A program made the translations under genes and the position numbers. A DNA stretch of 64,000 nucleotides, taken from Eledone cirrhosa. Taxonomy: Eukaryota. The stretch lies in assembly GCA_964016885.1 (NCBI GenBank), contig OZ024740.1, forward strand, positions 352,656,001-352,720,000. Reading direction: 5' to 3'. Shown one piece after another: positions 56,631 to 64,000 of the stretch. Every line of letters begins with the position of its first letter. Position 1 is the first letter of the stretch. The notes below the pieces were generated by a model. The model was not told where the DNA came from. It made no database searches and was given only the letters and a program-made list of their open reading frames with translations.

Positions 56631-57815
56631 GTTTAGACATATTTGTAATGTCCTGAACGAATTGCGAGCAATTTATAATGTTATCTACGCATTTTTTATG
56701 TTATTTATGTATATATTTAAAACATATTTGCAACGTTATTCTACTGTAAATTTATACAACTAATAAATTATCGTCATCATCAGTACTTATATTTAAAAGT
56801 CTGGTATTTATTTTATTGATCTCATTTTTTTTTGTTTAACCATTAAGTTATGGGACATAAATACAGACGCATATACATACACATGTATATATAGAGAGAG
56901 ACAGAGTTGTCTGACCTGCCTATCTAGCCTCAAAACATTAACAATCCGTCTGATCCATGCAAGCATGGAAAATAGACATAAAACAATGATGATGATGATG
57001 GTGTACATATAAACCAAGCTTCTACAGTTTCCATCAACCAAATTCCACTCAAGGCTTTGGTCAACCTGAGGCTACAATAGACAACACTCACCCAAAGTGC
57101 TGTATAGCGGGACTGAACTCTGAAACACATTGTTGCAAAGCTAACTCCTTAACCACACAGCCATTCCTGCATTTATATATGTACTCTGTAAAGTGGTTAG
57201 TGACGAATCCTCTTAAAATTGGCTGTTGGGGAAGGATGAATTATGCCACCCTAGATATTCATAACAATTTTATTTTTCTTGCTCACCTCAAGCAAGGCAA
57301 TAAAGTTACTAAAATGTAAAGATTTACAGAGAAGGGAGAAAGGCAAAACAATGAGAGCATAATTCAAGGTGAGAGAAGATAACGATTGATAGTTTCGAAT
57401 TTTTGCAAATCGTAGTAGTCAGGAAAGTAAAAAGGCAGAAGAGAATTGCATAGATGAGATGTGCAAGGGACAAAACTATCAGTATAGTACTTGTGATTGC
57501 ATTCAGGAACTCCAACTGTAAATGACTTAGTCACCAATTTGGTGCTCTGTTTAAACTCGTGAAGATGGGACAACAAAAAGAAAGCTCATCAGAACAATTC
57601 CCATGAAAATATTTATAAAAAAGACAAAAAGAGACAGTATTTCAATGGTGTGACAGTGATTGAAGCTGACATGATAACTCGGGACCAATAATGTTGATGA
57701 TTCTTCTTTGGATATTATTGAGGCTCACAAGGTATATGTGGCAACAGTACTCAATACAAGGACCATATGTGGCAACAGTACTCAATACAAGGACGAATTG
57801 TAAACTTATAAAGGC

Positions 57816-58225
57816 TTAGTGGTTAGAGCATTGGGCTTGCAATCGAAAGGTTGTGAGTTCAATTCTCGGACCGGGTGATGTGTTGTTTCCTTGAGCAAGA
57901 CACTTTATTTCACATTGCTCCAGTTTACTCAGCTGTAGAAATGAGATGATAGGACTGGGGTCCCTATCATTCCACTGCAAAGTGGTCGTGGAGGTGCCAC
58001 AGCAAAAAAAAAGCACCCAGCCCACACTGTAAAGTGGACGTGTAGGTGCCACGGAAAAAAAAGCACCCAGCACTCACTGTAAATGAGGTTGGTGTTAGGA
58101 AGGGCATCCAGCTGTAGAAATCAAGCCAGAATCAGTTCCCGTATGAGCAAGACAAGGTCAGCCGGACAACCCGTCTAACCCATGCTAGCATGGAAGAACG
58201 GACGTAAAACGATGATGATGATGAT
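57816..58225 (+). mobile_element. Composite SINE inserted in a CR1-like remnant; inverted sister copy at ~59350-59655
   Basis: tRNA-like head plus an aaaagcacccag...gttaggaagggcatccagc module and a (GAT)n tail. The same module occurs at ~30300-30520 and ~36290-36580. Confidence 0.65.
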
Positions 58226-61200
58226 AAGATATTTTCAGACTTGAACATTTTTTGGCACAATGTAGCAAATCAACTTTCTGGGCAGCAGATGTGATATAAT
58301 CATTCCAACTCAAATCATTGGAAAATCTCTGACCAAGAAGGTATATAGAGTTGTTCTCTTGGAGAGTGTGATCAGCCATACTAATGGAAGGCAAAATTCG
58401 TTCTCAATGGAAATTAAAAGATAGCAGTTTAGGTTTTGATGTATTAAAAGCAACAAGCTATTTTTTGCTCCACTCAACAACAGATCTAATGTCATATTCA
58501 AGATCACCTGCCAATTTAACTTTTTCAAGCATATTAGTTCCGATTCCATGACACAGTGAGTATTGGAATACCAACAAAGCTTTTATTAGTAGTTTACATA
58601 ATATATTAATTTAATAGTCATAATCCTTCTTAAGTCTGCTTTTCTATGTTTGCATGAATTGAATGGGTTTTTTTCAGCACAGCTTCCCTCCATGTACTGC
58701 ATTACTTTGTCATTTCTTCTGTTAGTTGTAGTGTTTTGAGATCAGCTTCTCACCACTTCTGCCCAAGTCTTCCTCTGTTGCAGCTTTCTTCCACTGGGAA
58801 CCCTGGGCACCTCTTTACCTAACAGTCTTCATACGTCCATAACTGTGCAGTCTTCTCTCTTGCATACTACATTTAATTCCATTTAAACCCAGTTTTTCAC
58901 TCAGCCCATCCATGCTTCACTGTTTATGAATATTATTATCACACATCCATCGAAGCATACTCACTTTATTTCTCTCCAGCCTCCGCATAACCTTTGCATT
59001 TATTGCTTATATATCAACAAATATTTGTCTTTGCAAATCATCTCAATTATGATCTATCTAATCAGAAATATCAATTGGTTGGAAGCTTAGAGCCTTTCTC
59101 ATACAATTGTCATGGTTCACAAAAACACCATTTTTTTCCTTTTGCTAGATGTCTGGAACTCACAAACCATTTATCTACACCTATTTTTCTTCAAGACCAC
59201 CTGGCTACTGAGTGTGCGACCCTGTTAAAGGCCTTCTCCAGGTCAACAAAGTAGCTGACTTTTAGCTAAGAACTTCTTTTGCAGTTGTCTCATGAAAAAA
59301 GAATTCAGGGTGTCCTGAATTGGCACAAATTCTTTTCCTAATTCATCATTCATCATCATCATTTCATTTTACGTCCACTTTTCCCTGCTTGCAAGGGTGG
59401 GACGGGAACTGATTCTGGCTTGATTTCTACAGCTGGATGCCCTTCCTAACACCAACCTCATTTACAGTGAGTGCTGGGTGCTTTTTTGCCATGGCACCTC
59501 CACGACCACTTTGCAGTGGAATGATATGGACCCGTCCTATCATCTCATTTCTACAGCTGAGTAAACTGGAGCAATGTGAAATAAAGTGTCTTGCTCAAGG
59601 AAACAACACATCACTCGGTCTAGAATTGAACTCACAACCTTTTGATTGCAAGGTTGTACTAAACCTTTTCCTGCTACTTTCATAACTTGATCCACCAGTT
59701 TGATACCTCTTTGAGTTGCCTTTTTCAAGAGCATCTCCTTTACCCCTGCAGCTGTTAATCTATTCTTTTCTCCATCTTTTTTTTCTAGTCATAAAATTTG
59801 CATAAGTTGAGACATTAGTTAATAATTATTCTCTAATGGGATATAGAAGACAGACATGTGAATACTATAAAGGAGAGCAAACTGTTGAGCATGTTTCCAG
59901 AATTCTACATAGCATAATTTAAAATATTTCCTTATGAAATTATTTTTGTATTCAGGGAATACAATATGTACAGTTATCTGATATTTGATATGTAGAAGGT
60001 AAACCATTGAAAGTGATGTAGAAGCAGAAAATCTGAAGTGTTTGATTATATTCCCTTGTATCCCACTTTCAAATTCAAACAAAATCCCTGTAATTTATTT
60101 AATCAACTGCATACTTGATATAAGAATTTACTTTGTGACCAGTAAAAATAAATTAAAGATTGAAAAGATTTTAAACAAAGCTGTTAGGAAAGTGCATATA
60201 ATATAAAACTATTTTTTTTATTATGCTTTAAACATATAAATTAATTTGATTTACAAAATATAATTGTTTCTACTTTTGGCACAAGGCCAGCAAATTACTC
60301 AGTGTATTACTGGTACTTTATTTTATCGACCCCGTAAGGATGAAAGGCAAAGTTAACCTCGTCGGGATTTGAACTCAGACCATAATGGGCCGTAACTCTT
60401 TGCTGATAATTGTTTCTACTTTTGGCACAAGGCCAGCAAATAACCAGTACATTACTGGTACTTTATTTTTATCGACCCCGTAAGGATGAAAGGCAAAGTC
60501 AACCTCGGCGTAAAGGAACTCAGACTGTAAAGGGACGTAACTATGCTGCTGATAATGAAAGCGAAACATAATTTATATTCTAAAAATAAACAAAAGAGAA
60601 AACGACGATTGTCAAATGAAGAAAAAAAGGTGGAGAGAAGACCCACGCACTACAATGAACACTGGTATCTCCTAATATTTTTTTAGGCAAGGCAACATCA
60701 TTTGCGTGTGAAAGCACTTGAATAACCAAGCAGCCTTCCGGGCATCACCTAATTTCTCCGTAGCTAGTGGTGACAAAAACCTTCGTTGTCAGCAACCCAG
60801 ATCCAACAAACGTCCCAGGCTTGAAAAATAGCTTGCTGATAATTCCTGGTATTTATATATAACCATTTATACACATACTTGTGTAATTCTTTTTTTAATT
60901 AAAGGCAATGTGTATGAAGATGCCTTAATGCAAAGTAAATCATTATTGCTTCATAATTCACTGAACAAATTATTTGCAATTTCGAATCTCCGACTGAATT
61001 CTAACGCTGAACCCATAATTTGTAAATTATTATTTCAAAATATAACACAGTTATATAAAAAAAATGTGTGAACCATATTGTTTTTCAATACGACAGAGAA
61101 TTTTTTATATAACTAACAATAGAAATAATTTATTCTCTAAACAATTTAAATTTCCCAAACCAACTAGTTTATAATCTAGTACATTTACTAGTGATTAATT

Positions 61201-61616
61201 TATCACTATTTTGGTACGTACGCTTGAGGTTATGTTTCGCTAATGAAGTTATAAAGTCAAACATGTCTAGAGTTGTCTCCCCGTACTTTCCGAAACAATG
61301 AAAATAATATTAATCATTGACCGAGATTGTGTTTTTATCACTTAATATTTATTTCTAGTTATATGTTTAAATACTCCTAGCATTAATGATGTTAACAATA
61401 AAAAAGTTTTATATCTTCTTTTGGAATTACACTTAAAGAAAATAAATTCATATAAAATAATCAGTCCTGCTCTGTTATTCCTCTTAAGATATAATTGAAC
61501 TAAATGAAAAATGCAGGAGATTAAATTGAAAGAAAATATTTATTTCAAATTCGAAATTTCGGAAGACGTATTACGAAACGTTGGCTTACAATTTAATAAT
61601 AAATCGAATCTTAGAA

Positions 61617-63814
61617 ATGGCGGATTGCGACAAGAAAACCTCTTCCATGTCAGATTCAAGTTCACAGAGTACAGTTCTGAGTGGCTCTGAAAATACGGTC
61701 ATCATGCAGGAGCATCCTCAGAAAGAAGAGGATAAAAAAGAAGAAAATAATGAATCTGAAGTCTATCCTGGAATTGGAGATTACTATCTTGTTATGCGTC
61801 CGGACAATACATGGCGTACGGTCTTTCCTCTCATCTTAGTAACGCAACATTTTCCCAGTTAAAATAATATATAGGATTAAAAATATAGAATTAATTTTGT
61901 TTTTTTTTTTAAGATATAGATCTTATTAATATAAGACATTAGTTGTTTGAGTATTTGCAAATGTAAACCGATTAATTTTTGTGGTAGTTTATGAGACGAG
62001 TTGTTTTGTTATTTACCGCGTTTATTTATTTGTAATTCTAAAATGCAACATTTTGTATGGCAATAGTTACTTCATTTGTAGATATCTCCTCTCATACTTT
62101 TGAAGCATCTGTTTCTTAATTAGTAATGTTGCTTCATTAACTATATCTTTATTGTAATGTATTTTTACTTATTAATATTCTATAATGTCTCGCAATCATA
62201 TTTATTTATGAAAACATGTGCTTTAGAAACGAGAATCGTTGTAATTATCAAATTCAACCATTTATTGTTATTTAACCCCAGTTTAACTCTGATCGAACGT
62301 AAGAACACACTGTTCAATATGTTATTCCCTTTGTCTATTTTTAATAACTTAGAACATTATCTGAATGAGATTTAGCTGCATTTTCTAGCAAATTGAATGG
62401 CCATATAGAAGCTGTGTAGTTCGTCCAACTATTTGTTTTGCATATCGCTGTTTTCGAATACTATATCACAATAGAAAACAGTTCATCATCAAATGATGTT
62501 CTTAATGTTTTTTACTATTTAAATTATTTATTGTAGATTTTATATGATTATATGTAATCCTATTTTAGTTTCCATATTTTTCTTTTACAACCACTGAAAG
62601 GATTTAGTGTTAATAGTACTAACGTTAAAAAAGAGGATGAAAGACAATTGCAATATGACTTGTTTGTTGACAATTTGGACGTATGGTGTTTATTTAAGTG
62701 CCATTGAAATCGACTCTTACAATATTATACAAAAAAAAAAAAAATCGTCATTTTTATGAATAGTATTAACGTATAGGCTATTAACTATCTGCCTCGAATT
62801 ATTCAATTTGGTCACTGGATTATATTTATTTTTTATTTTAAAGGAAAAATTAGATTAATGTGCTTAATTTGAACACACCACAATTGGTGTTTGTAACCTC
62901 GCGTTAGAATGTTGGAAATTAAGTAACTTTTAGAAATATATTTCAATAATTTTTGGTTTATTCTTCAATGTTAGTTTAATTTTTACTGTATTTTTTCATG
63001 TTTTCTCTTCTATTTTGATCAATATTCCGAACAATCGTTTTAAGTGCATTAACAACAGACTAATAACAAGGGGCATAACTGCATCTTAATGGAAACTAAT
63101 AGTGATGAATGAAGTAAGGTTGCAAACTGTTCATTACTTTAATAAGGATTTTGGAAGCAATTAAAAAGTCATTATTGAGTTTTCACAAACATTTGAAAAT
63201 AATTTTAAAATATCAGTTTGGATATTAAATGTAGTGCTTTTTTTTTAATTGGAAATAGCTTCAATGTGATTTTTAATATATATTTTTTTATGTATTTGTA
63301 ATATTTTTTTATAGTATGTTACAGAGAATTTAAAAGTTGATGTGGGTCTAATGAAATTATCCTCCGTACCTCTGTTAATTCCCATTCCTTAAAACTGTGA
63401 ACTTTATCTTTAAGAAGAAATTTAAATAGCATTTTAGTTTTATATACACCAGTCTTAAGCTAGTTTCACTTTTTTTTTTTTTTATTGAACTCTCATATAC
63501 ACTACTCTGTCCAGTGTACATGCCCCCCCCCCCTCTATATATATTAAAGCATTTTATATACTCAAATGGCATTTGAAAGAGAATTAAAAATGAGTAATCA
63601 GTTATTCACTTTTCATTCTATTCATTTGTTACTTGTATCTATATCTGTATTTAGTTTAAAAGTAAATAAATGCATTCTGTATTCAATCTTTGACTAATTT
63701 TGACTATACATATATATATATATTTGTTTTGTGCATCAGATGCAGCTGAAATTATTCAAACTCGAAGCAATGAGAATGCAGGAAGACATGAATATTATGT
63801 TCACTATGAAGGAT
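61617..63814 (+). CDS. KAT8: Histone acetyltransferase KAT8/MOF/MYST1, exons 1-2 (continues beyond the window)
   Basis: Exons 61617-61815 and 63740-63814 (GT-AG) splice to [40 protein letters not shown], matching the recalled KAT8 chromobarrel [39 protein letters not shown]. Confidence 0.88.
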
Positions 63815-64000
63815 GTAAGTTATGTAGTTTTCATGAATGGATCATCATTATCTATGTTTATCTATGTCTGCAGGAGCTGGTTAAGACTATTGTAAAACAT
63901 TGACACTAGTCTGTTTTATCTCTCTTGTGAGGATAATGAGTAAAGAAACGTTACATGTAAATTTCATTAAAAGACCTAGTACTCACTGTAAATGAGGTTG

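Overview
AT-rich, microsatellite-dense animal genomic DNA; the repeat and SINE content suggests an octopod cephalopod (inference only). Bases ~1.9-26.4 kb form a cluster of Penelope-like retroelements (RT plus C-terminal GIY-YIG), all set in (TA)n tracts. Three are large tail-out inverted-repeat (foldback) insertions with a hammerhead ribozyme motif near the outer end of each arm. One is a near-full-length partial-tandem copy. Smaller non-coding inserts share the same geometry, including a ~318-bp retrozyme-like unit with a well-formed type I hammerhead. Bases 28.5-51.9 kb hold two tandem five-exon C-factor/sniffer-like short-chain dehydrogenase genes. The second carries a nonsense codon, a frameshift and an intronic Gypsy provirus (4-bp TSD, tRNA-Trp PBS, nested solo LTR). 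The window ends with the first two exons of KAT8/MOF. RTE, L1/Tx1, CR1-like and CRE-like LINE fragments, tRNA-type SINEs and two MITEs fill the rest. All coordinates were read by eye and may be off by a few bases.
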